From positions 1 to 37,821 of the IMG/VR virus record IMGVR_UViG_3300048848_000066: a stretch of DNA of 37,821 nucleotides; one strand, 5' to 3'. Origin of the DNA: a virus. Lineage: Duplodnaviria > Caudoviricetes. The notes under the pieces were generated by a model. It saw only the letters and a program-made list of their open reading frames with translations. It was not told the origin of the DNA and did not search any database. Every line of letters starts with the position of its first letter. Position 1 is the stretch's first letter. Made by a program: the position numbers and the translations under genes. Positions 1-8,960 of this stretch are shown here, piece after piece.

Positions 1-1516
1 AGAAGAAGCCGAGGGCCGCGGCGACGGCGGCGTAGTCGACTCCCGGCACATCCACCCCGAAGTCGGGATAGCCGTCGACGAACATCTCGAGTTTCACGAG
101 ACCCAGGGTCGAGTTGTTGAACACGACTACCTTGACCGGCAGCGAGTAGGCCGCGATCGTGACGAGTTCGCCGAGGAGCATCGAGAGTCCGCCGTCGCCC
201 GAGATCGTGACGACCTGCCGATCCGGATACGCGGACTGGGCGCCGATCGCCTGGGGAACGGCGTTCGCCATCGACCCGTGCAGGTACGAACCGAGCAATC
301 GCCGCCGCCCGTTCGGGGTGATGTACCGCGCCTGCCAGACATTGCCCATACCGGTGTCGGCCGTCACGATGGCGTCGTCGGCCATCAGTTCGTCGAGCAC
401 CGTCGCGGCGAACTCCGGGTGAATGGGCACGGTCGTGTCGACGTCGGTGTATTTGCCGACGACGGAATCGAGGAGTCGGTGGTGCCGCTTCAGGGTCTTG
501 TCGAGGAACGACCTGCTGCGCCCGCCTCTGATGAGCGGGGTGAGCGCGGCGATGGTGGATGCGACGTCGCCGTGGATCGCGTGCGTCACACTCGCCCTCC
601 GGCCGAGGTGGGATGCGTCGGCGTCGACCTGGGCGATGATCACCTTTTGGCCGTCGGGGAGGAACTGCTCATAGGGAAAGTCGGTGCCGAGCAGGATCAG
701 GAGTTCCGCATCGTGGATGCCCGCGTGGGCCGCGCCATAGCCGAGAAGACCGGTCATGCCCACATCGAAGGGGTTGTCGTACTGGATCCACTGCTTGCCG
801 CGGACGGTGTGGCCGACGGGAGCGGCGAGCAGGTCGGCGAAGGCCACCACCTCGTCGTGCGACCCCTCGACTCCCGCGCCCGCGAAGATCGCCACCGTCT
901 TCGCCTCATTGACCGCCGCGGCGAGCGCTGCGACATCGGCGGCGTCGGGAACGATGGCGGGAGTCCGGGGCAGAACGAACGCGGGGGCCGAGCCCACGGC
1001 ATCCAGTTCGGCGATGTCGCCCGGCAGCGACACGACGGCGACGCCCCCGAGCCCTGTCGCGTGACGGATGGCCGAGTTCACGACGCGGGGCGCCTGCTCG
1101 GCCGTCGAGACGAGCTCGCAGTAGTTGGAGCACTCGACGAAGAGTCGGTCGGGATGCGTCTCCTGGAAGTACGAGCTGCCGATCTCGATGCTCGGAATGT
1201 GGCTGGCGATGGCGAGCACCGGGGCGCCGGACCGGTGGGCGTCGAAGAGTCCGTTGATGAGGTGCAGGTTTCCCGGGCCGCAGCTTCCGGCGCAGACGGC
1301 GAGCCGTCCGGTGAGCTGTGCCTCAGCGCCGGCGGCGAACGCCGCCGCCTCCTCGTTGCGCACGTGGATCCAGTCGATACCGCCCTTGGCCGAACCTCCG
1401 GTGCGGCGAACGGCGTCGACGATGGGATTCAGGCTGTCGCCCACGATTCCGTAGATGCGGTGCGCCCCCGCGTCGATGAGCTGGGCGATGAGCTGGTCTG
1501 CGACTGTTGTGGCCAT
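1..1516 (-). CDS. poxB: Pyruvate dehydrogenase/oxidase (ThDP-dependent), 3' end outside window; host gene
   Basis: Manual translation from ATG at 1516: MATTVADQLIAQLIDAGAHRIYGIVGDSLNPIVDAV...HVRNEEAAAFAAGAEAQLTGRLAVCAGSCGPGNLHLINGLFDA; ThDP motif GDGGLSMLLGE near 150-200. Confidence 0.93.
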   Translation of the reverse strand, partial: MATTVADQLIAQLIDAGAHRIYGIVGDSLNPIVDAVRRTGGSAKGGIDWIHVRNEEAAAFAAGAEAQLTGRLAVCAGSCGPGNLHLINGLFDAHRSGAPVLAIASHIPSIEIGSSYFQETHPDRLFVECSNYCELVSTAEQAPRVVNSAIRHATGLGGVAVVSLPGDIAELDAVGSAPAFVLPRTPAIVPDAADVAALAAAVNEAKTVAIFAGAGVEGSHDEVVAFADLLAAPVGHTVRGKQWIQYDNPFDVGMTGLLGYGAAHAGIHDAELLILLGTDFPYEQFLPDGQKVIIAQVDADASHLGRRASVTHAIHGDVASTIAALTPLIRGGRSRSFLDKTLKRHHRLLDSVVGKYTDVDTTVPIHPEFAATVLDELMADDAIVTADTGMGNVWQARYITPNGRRRLLGSYLHGSMANAVPQAIGAQSAYPDRQVVTISGDGGLSMLLGELVTIAAYSLPVKVVVFNNSTLGLVKLEMFVDGYPDFGVDVPGVDYAAVAAALGFF

Positions 1517-1549
1517 GCGTCCAGTAAAGCGCCCGTGGCTGGGCCGAGG

Positions 1550-2245
1550 CTAGGACGCCTGTCGAGTCTTCATGGTCGCGCGGTGTTCACGGCGAGAGAC
1601 CCAGAGCACACCTGCGCCGGTCAGCCCGATGACCGCGGCGATGAGCACGACGTAGAACGCCACCGAGACGTAGCCCTGCGGGGACGAGTGCGGGTTGAGG
1701 AACGGATACGGGTACCAGTAGTCCGTTCCGTACACCTGGTCGACCACGAAAGGCGCCCGTACGAGTGTGTACACGACCCAGGCGATGGGGAATGTGAGGA
1801 TGACCACGATCCGGCGGGCTGCCAGGGGCCGGCGGCCCGGCGCGAGGAACCAGTCGAGGAGGAGGTAGGCGGGGGCGACGGCATGAAGGATCTCGTTCGA
1901 CCAGCCGAGCGTCGCGCCCTGGGGAAGTTCGATCCCCCGGAGAAGCACGTTGTAGACGATGCCCGTGACGATCATGTAGGTCACGACGGCGGCGCGCGTC
2001 ACCTGGAACCAGTCGGGGTCGGCTCCGCGGCGCACGATGAGGATGATCGCGCCGATGAGGAGCACGACGATCGAGCCGATGTTGGATTCGATGGTGAAGA
2101 AGCTGAAGAAGTTCACGACATTGCTGCCGACGTTCGTGACGCCCCGGCCCGACCAGAAGTCGAGGCTCGTGATCAGCTGACCGACGATGGCGGCGATGAT
2201 CGCCAGGGCGACGGCGATCCGCAGGATGGCGAAGAGGGCTCTCAT
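1550..2245 (-). CDS. Pr6Pr/FAR-17a-like integral membrane protein; host gene
   Basis: MRALFAILRIAVALAII...NFFSFFTIESN...VYNVLL...LHAVAP...YPYPFLNP; several hydrophobic segments; start trimmed from the longer ORF call. Confidence 0.8.
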   Translation of the reverse strand: MRALFAILRIAVALAIIAAIVGQLITSLDFWSGRGVTNVGSNVVNFFSFFTIESNIGSIVVLLIGAIILIVRRGADPDWFQVTRAAVVTYMIVTGIVYNVLLRGIELPQGATLGWSNEILHAVAPAYLLLDWFLAPGRRPLAARRIVVILTFPIAWVVYTLVRAPFVVDQVYGTDYWYPYPFLNPHSSPQGYVSVAFYVVLIAAVIGLTGAGVLWVSRREHRATMKTRQAS

Positions 2246-2274
2246 GCCGGTGCCATTCCCCCAACACGATGAAT

Positions 2275-2319
2275 GTGCCCTCGACTGGATTTGAACCAGC
2301 GACCTATTCCTTCGGAGGG
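2275..2319. repeat. att core, left copy (displaced 3' half of tRNA-Arg)
   Basis: gtgccctcgactggatttgaaccagcgacctattccttcggaggg, identical to 37008-37052. Confidence 0.96.
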
Positions 2320-2340
2320 TCTTCGGGGGCGTATTGGCAA

Positions 2341-2370
2341 GAATAGCGGGGTATAGCGGGAGATAGCGAA
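2341..2370. repeat. Three 10-bp-phased ATAGCG repeats in the att arm (candidate Xis/RDF sites)
   Basis: gaATAGCGgg gtATAGCGgg agATAGCGaa, between the core and the arm-type repeat. Confidence 0.55.
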
Positions 2371-2388
2371 ACCCCCGGTCAAGCCGCC

Positions 2389-3561
2389 TTATTGCGCAAC
2401 GAGGCGTAGTCGCGCAATGCCCGGCGTTTCGACGGCTTGCCCCACGTTTGCCCCACGCGGCGTGCGCATTGCGTCTTCGATATCGGTTCCCGAGATCGGA
2501 ACGAGGTGGGTGTAAATCTCGGTCGTGCTCATGCTCGCGTGACCTAAGAGCTCGGAAACCCGCGCGAGGCTCGTACCGCCCGCGATCAGCCATGAGGCGT
2601 ATGTGTGGCGGAGATCGTGAAGGGTCGCCCCGAGGTGGGCCAACCCGGCGCGCTCGACTGCGGGCGCGAAGACTCGCTGGTAGAAGTTCCGGCTGTCGCG
2701 GATGCCGCCGCGCTCGGCGGGGAAGACAAGCCCGCTCGAGCACGAGCCGACCCGGTGGTGGATCCCGCAGTCTTTCGCCTCGGGTACTTCGAGATCGTCA
2801 ACGATCCATTGCAAGAGCGGCACCCGGCGAGCGCGTCGGCCCTTCGGGTAGGGCTTGATTTCGTGCCGATCCCACACGTCGGCGAAAGTCACCTCGCCGC
2901 CCCGCAGGTCGAGATTGTGAAGGTGCAGCCCGGACGCTTCGCCCCAACGCGCACCCGTGCCCACGAGGAAGTCGAGCAACGCGCGGTCGGCCTGGCGCGG
3001 CACCTGCTCGACAATCGCGTCGTACTGCTCGCGGGTGAAGTACACCTCGCGGCTCGGCGGCGGCGGCGGAAGCTTGATCCGGACGGCGGGATTCGCGGTC
3101 AAGAGCTCGGCGTCAATGGCTGCGGTGAGACTCGACACGAAGACGTTTAGGATTCGGCGCGCGGTCGAAGCTGCTAGATACTTCGGCTTGTCGTCGTCGT
3201 CGGATCTGTTCTCCGTGACGAGGTAAGTAGCCCACGCCTGTACGTCGTGCCGCGTGATAGTTGCGAGGGGCCGGTCGCCCCAGTACGGCGCTATGTGGTG
3301 CTCGACCATGCTCGCCTCGGCCTGCCTGGTCGAAGGCTCGATCGATCGAGTCGGCCACCACGTCGCGTGCCAGTCGCCCCAGGGCATCATTCCGATTCGG
3401 GGATCTCGCCAGTTCGCTTTTCGGGTGTCGCTCTCGGCGTCGGTTGCGGCGTCGCGCGCGGCTTTCTTGTGGGTGAAGGTTCCCGCCGATCGCCTGCGCC
3501 CGTCGGCGAGGCGGTAGAGGCCGCGCCATTTGCCCGAGGCTAGTTTCTCAACCCAGGCCAT
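2389..3561 (-). CDS. int: Tyrosine integrase
   Basis: N-terminal arm-binding domain (MAWVEKLASGKWRGLYR); catalytic motifs GARWGE, HDLRH, LLGH and TEIY; adjacent to att. Confidence 0.95.
   Translation of the reverse strand: MAWVEKLASGKWRGLYRLADGRRRSAGTFTHKKAARDAATDAESDTRKANWRDPRIGMMPWGDWHATWWPTRSIEPSTRQAEASMVEHHIAPYWGDRPLATITRHDVQAWATYLVTENRSDDDDKPKYLAASTARRILNVFVSSLTAAIDAELLTANPAVRIKLPPPPPSREVYFTREQYDAIVEQVPRQADRALLDFLVGTGARWGEASGLHLHNLDLRGGEVTFADVWDRHEIKPYPKGRRARRVPLLQWIVDDLEVPEAKDCGIHHRVGSCSSGLVFPAERGGIRDSRNFYQRVFAPAVERAGLAHLGATLHDLRHTYASWLIAGGTSLARVSELLGHASMSTTEIYTHLVPISGTDIEDAMRTPRGANVGQAVETPGIARLRLVAQ
2438..2463. repeat. Candidate integrase arm-type sites (tandem TGCCCCACG), left copy
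   Basis: tgccccacgtttgccccacgcggcgt, identical to 36928-36953. Confidence 0.7.
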
Positions 3562-3904
3562 TGGCTTCGTCTTCCTCTGCGGTCGGCGTGCGGCGCAGCG
3601 CCTCTTCGAGAAGTTCCCGCGTGGTGAAGTCATCGAGCGTCCAGCGCTTCGGCGCTTCGACCCGATCGGCAACCATGTCGATCTCGCCGTCGGTGAGGTA
3701 TCCCGCAGCGAGCAGAGCGCCGAGCGGATGCTGGCCGTAAGCCCGGGCGAGGTTCACGAGCGCGCGGGGAGTTATGTCGCTTTCACCCTTGCGCCACCGG
3801 CCAACGGTTGAGGGGCTGACCGCCAAGCGCTCGGCGATGCTCTTGTCTGTTTCGGTGTCGGAGAGGGCTTCGAGGTATCTAGACAGGCTCGGGTTCTTTG
3901 ACAT
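3548..3904 (-). CDS. Immunity repressor, XRE-family HTH
   Basis: DKSIAERLAVSPSTVGRWRKG helix-turn-helix; divergent from cro; 3' end overlaps the int start; alternative start at 3928. Confidence 0.82.
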   Translation of the reverse strand: MSKNPSLSRYLEALSDTETDKSIAERLAVSPSTVGRWRKGESDITPRALVNLARAYGQHPLGALLAAGYLTDGEIDMVADRVEAPKRWTLDDFTTRELLEEALRRTPTAEEDEANGLG

Positions 3905-4056
3905 AGCTGGAAACTTAGCAGGTGACATTGCGTGCTTGCAATGAGTTTGCGTAACGCATTTGCAAGTTGTAGCCGTTCACGCAATGTCTACCTATTGCAC
4001 GCTTGCAAGTCACTTGCAATTGCGCATGCCGCCATGGCAGGGTTGCGACTATGCAA
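3905..4056. promoter_or_regulatory. Divergent immunity control region with three TTGC-N6-GCAA operators
   Basis: AT-richer interval; ttgcGTGCTTgcaa 3928-3941, ttgcACGCTTgcaa 3995-4008, ttgcGACTATgcaa 4043-4056, plus extra TTGCAA half-sites. Confidence 0.7.
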
Positions 4057-4320
4057 TCACCAACCAAGAGCGGAATCGCGGCCAACCGCCTGATTCTCAA
4101 CCGGCCCAAGCTGGACGAACTGCGTCGAGCACACGAAATCACTTCCGACGCCGAGCTCGCCCGGCGAATCGGCGTCGATCCCGTCACCCTCTACCGGGTG
4201 AGCACGGGACGGAGCAAGGCATCCAACGAGTTCATAGCTGGGCTCAAGGCGGCATTCCCGAGCGTGGCCCTCGATTCGCTTTTCCGGGTCGAGCGGGTCG
4301 AGCAGGTGCGCGCCGCGTGA
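4051..4320 (+). CDS. Cro-like HTH protein
   Basis: SDAELARRIGVDPVTLYRV helix-turn-helix; first gene divergent from the repressor. Confidence 0.8.
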   Translation: MQSPTKSGIAANRLILNRPKLDELRRAHEITSDAELARRIGVDPVTLYRVSTGRSKASNEFIAGLKAAFPSVALDSLFRVERVEQVRAA

Positions 4321-4544
4321 AGACCTACCTCAACGTCGCCGAGACCGCAGCCGTAGCACGCAAGCACCCGGTAACGATCCGCCTAGCACTCGAAGGCGGA
4401 ACCCTGCATGGCACGCAGCAGAAGGTGGGCGGGCGCTGGGCAATTGACGCCGCTTGCGCCGAGGCCTACATCGAGGGCCGACCCTGCGAGCACCGCGCAG
4501 CCAAGGCAAAAATCACCCCCATTCGCGGCAACCTCGCCGCGTAG
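4317..4544 (+). CDS. Excisionase-like (HTH_17/MerR-like) DNA-binding protein
   Basis: GTGA overlap with cro; YLNVAETAAVARKHPVTIRLALEGGTLHGTQQKVGGRWAI. Confidence 0.78.
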   Translation: MKTYLNVAETAAVARKHPVTIRLALEGGTLHGTQQKVGGRWAIDAACAEAYIEGRPCEHRAAKAKITPIRGNLAA

Positions 4545-4570
4545 CACGACAAATCGAAGGGCACATCGAA

Positions 4571-5170
4571 ATGGCAAAACTCACCCCCATTCCACTCCAC
4601 CCCGCGCACGCCGCCCTGGTGCGAGCGCAGGCGTTCGATATCCTCGCCCCCCACCTGGCGCGAGAACTCCGGCAGACGCTCGCCACCGACATTGCGGGAG
4701 CGCTCGCGACGCCGCAGCCCCCGCCCTACGAGCCCGACCCGACGCCCGCCGATCACGATCAGCGGATCGCCAAAGCGGACGAAGCCCTCGCGAACGATGA
4801 GCCCGTCGAGCCCGGCCTGTCGTCGCTCGAGCGGTCTCTGCTCACCCCGCAGGGCGCGAACAACGCGGGCAAGATCAACCTGGCCGACTACCTCTTCGCC
4901 AAGGGCCACCGCCACGAAGAGCTCGGCGCGATCGTGTCTCGCTTCGAGCGCGAGGTAATCGACCACCTGCGCGAGGTTCACCACATCGTGCCCGTGTTCC
5001 TCCGACTCGCGAGCGACGCGACCCCGACGAAGCCCCTCGCCTACACCTTCCCCGAGCGCTACCGCTCGATCATCGACGCCGTGTACCTGGCGAACATCTA
5101 CGACGTTCTTTGCGACGCCGGGCACTACGTCGCCGCCGAGGCCTTCGCGGACGCGAGGCGCGCCGCATGA
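4571..5170 (+). CDS. Hypothetical phage protein (199 aa)
   Basis: GAAGGG Shine-Dalgarno before the ATG; ATGA coupling to the next gene. Confidence 0.7.
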   Translation: MAKLTPIPLHPAHAALVRAQAFDILAPHLARELRQTLATDIAGALATPQPPPYEPDPTPADHDQRIAKADEALANDEPVEPGLSSLERSLLTPQGANNAGKINLADYLFAKGHRHEELGAIVSRFEREVIDHLREVHHIVPVFLRLASDATPTKPLAYTFPERYRSIIDAVYLANIYDVLCDAGHYVAAEAFADARRAA

Positions 5171-5457
5171 GCCGCACGCTCCGAATCGTGAAGATGCCCG
5201 ACGCCGAGGGCAACCTCTCGCCGCAGCGCCGCCGCGAGGAGTCTTCGCGCTGGCAGGATGCGCGCGCCGCTCGGGTCGAACGCCGCCTGCGCCGCGAGTG
5301 CTCCGAGAACGCGATCGATCGGCAGGAGCGGGCAACCGATCGCCGCCTACGCAGAGCGACGCCCTCGGTCGCCGAGCTCGGGAACGAGCGGCACGAGCGG
5401 GCGAGCGATCGCGGCTTCTCGTGGCTGACCGGCGCGACCATGAGTGCCGCCGCGTGA
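5167..5457 (+). CDS. Hypothetical Arg-rich phage protein
   Basis: ATGA and GTGA translational coupling on both sides. Confidence 0.55.
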   Translation: MSRTLRIVKMPDAEGNLSPQRRREESSRWQDARAARVERRLRRECSENAIDRQERATDRRLRRATPSVAELGNERHERASDRGFSWLTGATMSAAA

Positions 5458-5774
5458 GCCTCGCACTCGACGGCACCACGCCCCGCTCGCGCCAGACCGA
5501 CCCGGTTACTTCGGTCGACGCGGGCCGAGGTGCCGACCTCAACGAATCGCAGAATGCGGTCGTATCGCTCTTTCAGGCGGCGGCGGGCGGCATGGCCGAC
5601 CACGAGCTGGTCGCCCTCGCCGAGTGGGCGGGCGTGAAGTACACCCCGCAGCGGATCCGCTCGGCCCGCTCCGAGCTCACCGAAAAGGGCCTGGTCGAAA
5701 TCACCCCCGGCAAGTTCCGCCCGACCAAATCGGGGCGGCGCGCTCGCGTCTTCGAGCTGAAGGCAGCCGCGTAA
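5454..5774 (+). CDS. Putative winged-helix DNA-binding protein
   Basis: RSRQTDPVTS motif followed by MADHEL...RIRSARSELTEKGLVE...TKSGRRARVF. Confidence 0.62.
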   Translation: MSLALDGTTPRSRQTDPVTSVDAGRGADLNESQNAVVSLFQAAAGGMADHELVALAEWAGVKYTPQRIRSARSELTEKGLVEITPGKFRPTKSGRRARVFELKAAA

Positions 5775-5917
5775 TGGGATCCGTTCTCGTGTTCTTTTGC
5801 GTCTGGACCGTGCTCGCCGCCCTCATCACCGCCTGGCTCTACGTCAAGACAAAGCAAGCCATGGCCGAAGACCCCGAACCCAACCCGCAACACGCAAGAC
5901 GAAGGAGCCACTCATGA
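5774..5917 (+). CDS. Small single-pass membrane protein (47 aa)
   Basis: TAATG coupling; MGSVLVFFCVWTVLAALITAWLYV. Confidence 0.55.
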   Translation: MGSVLVFFCVWTVLAALITAWLYVKTKQAMAEDPEPNPQHARRRSHS

Positions 5918-6285
5918 CCACCAAACTTTCGGGCCGACTGCCCGACACCGAAGAGAGCGGCATGGACAAGATCCAGGGCGCTCTCGTGAAGCACCCCGAG
6001 CGCCGCCACGTCGTGCTCACGATCATGGATTGCGTATCCACCAAGGTGGACCACACCCGCGACGGCGACATTTTCACCCCTACGGCGGGCATAGTGTTCG
6101 CCGAGCCGCTGCGCGATCAAGACGACATCAACGCCGTCCTCGAAATCATGGGCCGGGTTCGGGCCGAGCGCCTGGAAGACGGCACCCTCGACTTCGACTT
6201 CGGCCTGGCCGACGACCCCAGCGACGCCGCCGCCAACTCATTCCTGCGGAACGCCACCGGCGTCTTCGCCGGGGGTGCCGAGTGA
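5914..6285 (+). CDS. Hypothetical phage protein (123 aa)
   Basis: AAGGAG Shine-Dalgarno; ATGA overlap; MTTKLSGRLPD... Confidence 0.7.
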   Translation: MTTKLSGRLPDTEESGMDKIQGALVKHPERRHVVLTIMDCVSTKVDHTRDGDIFTPTAGIVFAEPLRDQDDINAVLEIMGRVRAERLEDGTLDFDFGLADDPSDAAANSFLRNATGVFAGGAE

Positions 6286-7259
6286 GCGCCGCCACCCACG
6301 CTCCGGTGCCCGTAGCCGACGCCGAGGCCGACCGCGAGGCATGGCTGGAAGCTCGGGCGGCGGGAGTCTCGGCCACCGAGCCCCGCACCCTGGCGAACGG
6401 CGGCGCACGAGCGCGCCGAACCATGCTCGAGAACAAGCTCAACGGCTCGACGTTCTACGGCAACGCCGACACCCGCAGGGGCAACGAGCGCGAGGCCTTC
6501 CTAGCCGATTGGGTCGAGGAGTACTTCGGTATTTCGCCGAACCGCTCGCTGTTTCACCACCCCGCGAACCCCCTACACATGGCGACGCCCGACGGCCTGT
6601 CGATCATCGACGGCGAGTTCGTCGGCTCGGAGGTCAAGTCGCACAAGTACGGCTGGACGAACACCGGGATCCCCGCCGAGCACTTCGACCAGTGCCAGTT
6701 CGGCATGCACGTTACGGGCGCGAACCGGTGGCTGTACGCCTGGGAGACCATGGCCGAAGACGGCCAGCCGGATCTCGACAACGAGCCCTCGTTCCTCTGG
6801 ATCGAGCGCGACGACCTGCGGATAGCGCAGCTCGTCGTCGCCGCCGACGAGTTCATAGCCTGGCGCGCTGCGGGAGCACCTGACCGCGACCCCGAGACCT
6901 CCGAAGAATTGGACGACGCCCTCGCCCGGCACGCGGCAGCGCGCCGCGTCAAGACCGCCGCCGAGAAGATCGAGAAGGCGCAAGAGAAGATCATCCGCGC
7001 CGAGATCCTGAAGGTTCCGGGCTCCGACAAGGTAGGGCTGAAGCGCTCGGGCAGCGTCGCCGGGTTCGTTCTCACGGTCAAGACAACCGACGAGCTCGAC
7101 GCCGAGAAGTGGGCCGAGGCGGAACCCCAGGGGTATGCCGAATACCTCGCGCTGAAAGAGCGGGTGGCCGCGACCGAAGCCGCAGCCGCCGCGCTCTACT
7201 TCGCCCCGAAATACAAACCGACGCTCACGATCTCGGCGCACGACAAGGCGTCCAAGTGA
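6282..7259 (+). CDS. YqaJ/lambda-exonuclease-family recombination nuclease
   Basis: REAWLEARAAGVSATE, RGNERE, ATPDGL, EVKS, QCQFGMHVTG motifs. Confidence 0.88.
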   Translation: MSAATHAPVPVADAEADREAWLEARAAGVSATEPRTLANGGARARRTMLENKLNGSTFYGNADTRRGNEREAFLADWVEEYFGISPNRSLFHHPANPLHMATPDGLSIIDGEFVGSEVKSHKYGWTNTGIPAEHFDQCQFGMHVTGANRWLYAWETMAEDGQPDLDNEPSFLWIERDDLRIAQLVVAADEFIAWRAAGAPDRDPETSEELDDALARHAAARRVKTAAEKIEKAQEKIIRAEILKVPGSDKVGLKRSGSVAGFVLTVKTTDELDAEKWAEAEPQGYAEYLALKERVAATEAAAAALYFAPKYKPTLTISAHDKASK

Positions 7260-8074
7260 ACGGGGCAACGCTCGAGGAAGTCTCGGCGACGATCGCCGAC
7301 TACGAGCGCCTGGCAATCGGCACGGGGGAGTGGCGCGGCACCGAGGTGTCGTTCTCGAATGACGCCGCGAGCTGGTCGCCGTACCTCCCGCCTACGGAAG
7401 ACCACCCGGTGCCGCTGCTCGCTCGCGGTGTTGTCCACCGCGAGGGCGTGACCGTCCCGACGTCGGTTGTCATCGTCTGGGGCGAGAGCGTGCCCACCGA
7501 GCCCGAGTGGGCCGACCTCTGGGCACGCAAGCCGCACGCCCTCTTCGGCGCTGCGGTAGTCCGGGCGACACTCAGGCGCGCATTCCGCGACGCAATCGGC
7601 GACCGCGCCGAGCCCACCGAATCCGGCCCCATTGCTCCGAGCAAACGCGGGGCCGAGCTCACGCCGTCGACGCGCGATTGGCTCGCCGAGATCGAGGCCG
7701 CGCAGACACCCGACGCAGTGAACGCGATCAAGGCCGACGCGAGGGCCGCTCGAGCGGTGACTATCCCGATCGAGAAGGCGCTACGCGCCCGCCTCGCCGA
7801 GGTAAAAGCGGCGCAGCCCGCGCAGGTCGCCGAACCCGCGCCGGTCGCCGAGGTGGCCGAGCACGAGCCTGTCGAGCCCGAACCGGTCGAGACCCCAAAG
7901 CCCGCCGCCCCGGCTGGCCGTGAGCTCGCCCCCGAGCCCGAGACCTCCATGGCAGCGGCCATTCGCGAAGCACTCGAAGAGCTCGCCGCCAACCCGCCGA
8001 AGCCCAGCCCGGTCAAGCCCGTACCGCAGAAGCCCCGCGCGGGCCGCAAGCGCACGAAGGGCGGGGCCGCATGA
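7256..8074 (+). CDS. Divergent Bet/Red-beta-like ssDNA annealing protein, N-terminally shortened
   Basis: Follows YqaJ; IADYERLAIGTGEWRG...LWARKPHALFGAAVVRATLRRAF resembles Bet motifs IDGYR..A...G and W...P..ML.K.A...ALR.AF; Pro/Ala-rich tail. Confidence 0.55.
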   Translation: MNGATLEEVSATIADYERLAIGTGEWRGTEVSFSNDAASWSPYLPPTEDHPVPLLARGVVHREGVTVPTSVVIVWGESVPTEPEWADLWARKPHALFGAAVVRATLRRAFRDAIGDRAEPTESGPIAPSKRGAELTPSTRDWLAEIEAAQTPDAVNAIKADARAARAVTIPIEKALRARLAEVKAAQPAQVAEPAPVAEVAEHEPVEPEPVETPKPAAPAGRELAPEPETSMAAAIREALEELAANPPKPSPVKPVPQKPRAGRKRTKGGAA

Positions 8075-8514
8075 GCGCGATTGTCGACGTCGATTCCGGC
8101 GAAGTGCTCGCCGGAATCGCGCCCGGCTTCGTGCCCCTGAACCTGGCCGAGCTGGACGAAGACGCGCTCCTGGCCATGTTCCCCTCGCCGATCCAATGCG
8201 CGGGCGCGCTGCTCTACGCCCGCCAGCTGATTGCCGAAGCCCCCGCGATCCTCAACACCCGGTCGAAGGCGCTGAAAGATGCCAAGCGGCAGCTGCTCGT
8301 GGCGAAGGGATACGCGCGGAAGCGGGCCACCGGCAAGACGGCAGAAGACCGCAGGATCGAAGCCGAGGCAGACGACCAAGTAATCACGGCGGGCGAATGG
8401 GTGGACACCTGCGAGCTCGCGCTCGAATACGCGCGAGAACGCCGCAAGTCCCTGACCGAAGACGTCGATATCCTGCGATCGCTCAACGCCAATTTTCGCG
8501 GGGAACACAAATGA
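8071..8514 (+). CDS. Helical/coiled-coil hypothetical protein, possibly a recombination mediator
   Basis: ATGA coupling; amphipathic helical pattern ending DVDILRSLNANFR. Confidence 0.6.
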   Translation: MSAIVDVDSGEVLAGIAPGFVPLNLAELDEDALLAMFPSPIQCAGALLYARQLIAEAPAILNTRSKALKDAKRQLLVAKGYARKRATGKTAEDRRIEAEADDQVITAGEWVDTCELALEYARERRKSLTEDVDILRSLNANFRGEHK

Positions 8515-8960
8515 GCCCGGCCTACCCGAAGCCGACGCGCAAGCGCAAGCGGGCACCCGCAGCACCGAGCCCGAGCGTTCGCGCCGACGTCGTTCGACGT
8601 GACGGAATCCGCTGCCGCTGGTGTGGCGGGCCGGTGCGGCTCGTGTTCGGCGAGTACTCCCTGCAACACCGCCGCGCTCGCGGCATGGGCGGGACGGTTC
8701 GACCCGAGGCGAACATGGCGGGCAACCTCGTGCTCGTGCATGGCACCGGCACGACGGGATGCCACGGCGAGATCGAGAGCAACCCGATCATTGCCGAGGA
8801 GCGCGGCTTCCGCGTCGCGCAGGGCAAAGACCCCGCATCCATCCCGTTGCTCGTGAAAGACAACCCCATGTTTGGGGCGCTCGTGCAGGTCTGGATCGAC
8901 AACGAAGGCGGCGCGACGCGCACGCCCCCAAAGACACAATCCAAGGAGGTTGCGGCATGA
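8511..8960 (+). CDS. HNH endonuclease
   Basis: RDGIRCRWCG, QHRRARGMGG, NLVLVHGTGTTGCHGEIE. Confidence 0.8.
   Translation: MSPAYPKPTRKRKRAPAAPSPSVRADVVRRDGIRCRWCGGPVRLVFGEYSLQHRRARGMGGTVRPEANMAGNLVLVHGTGTTGCHGEIESNPIIAEERGFRVAQGKDPASIPLLVKDNPMFGALVQVWIDNEGGATRTPPKTQSKEVAA

Noticed and set aside
278-2272. 664-aa plus-strand ORF
   Set aside because: Antisense shadow of poxB and the membrane protein gene; no recognisable motifs
2275-2319. Second tRNA gene at the left end
   Set aside because: Only the 3' half is present (att core); there is no D-arm or 5' acceptor strand
3548-3928. Integration-dependent immunity (attP inside the repressor gene)
   Set aside because: The att core lies downstream of int, and the repressor gene is intact and internal
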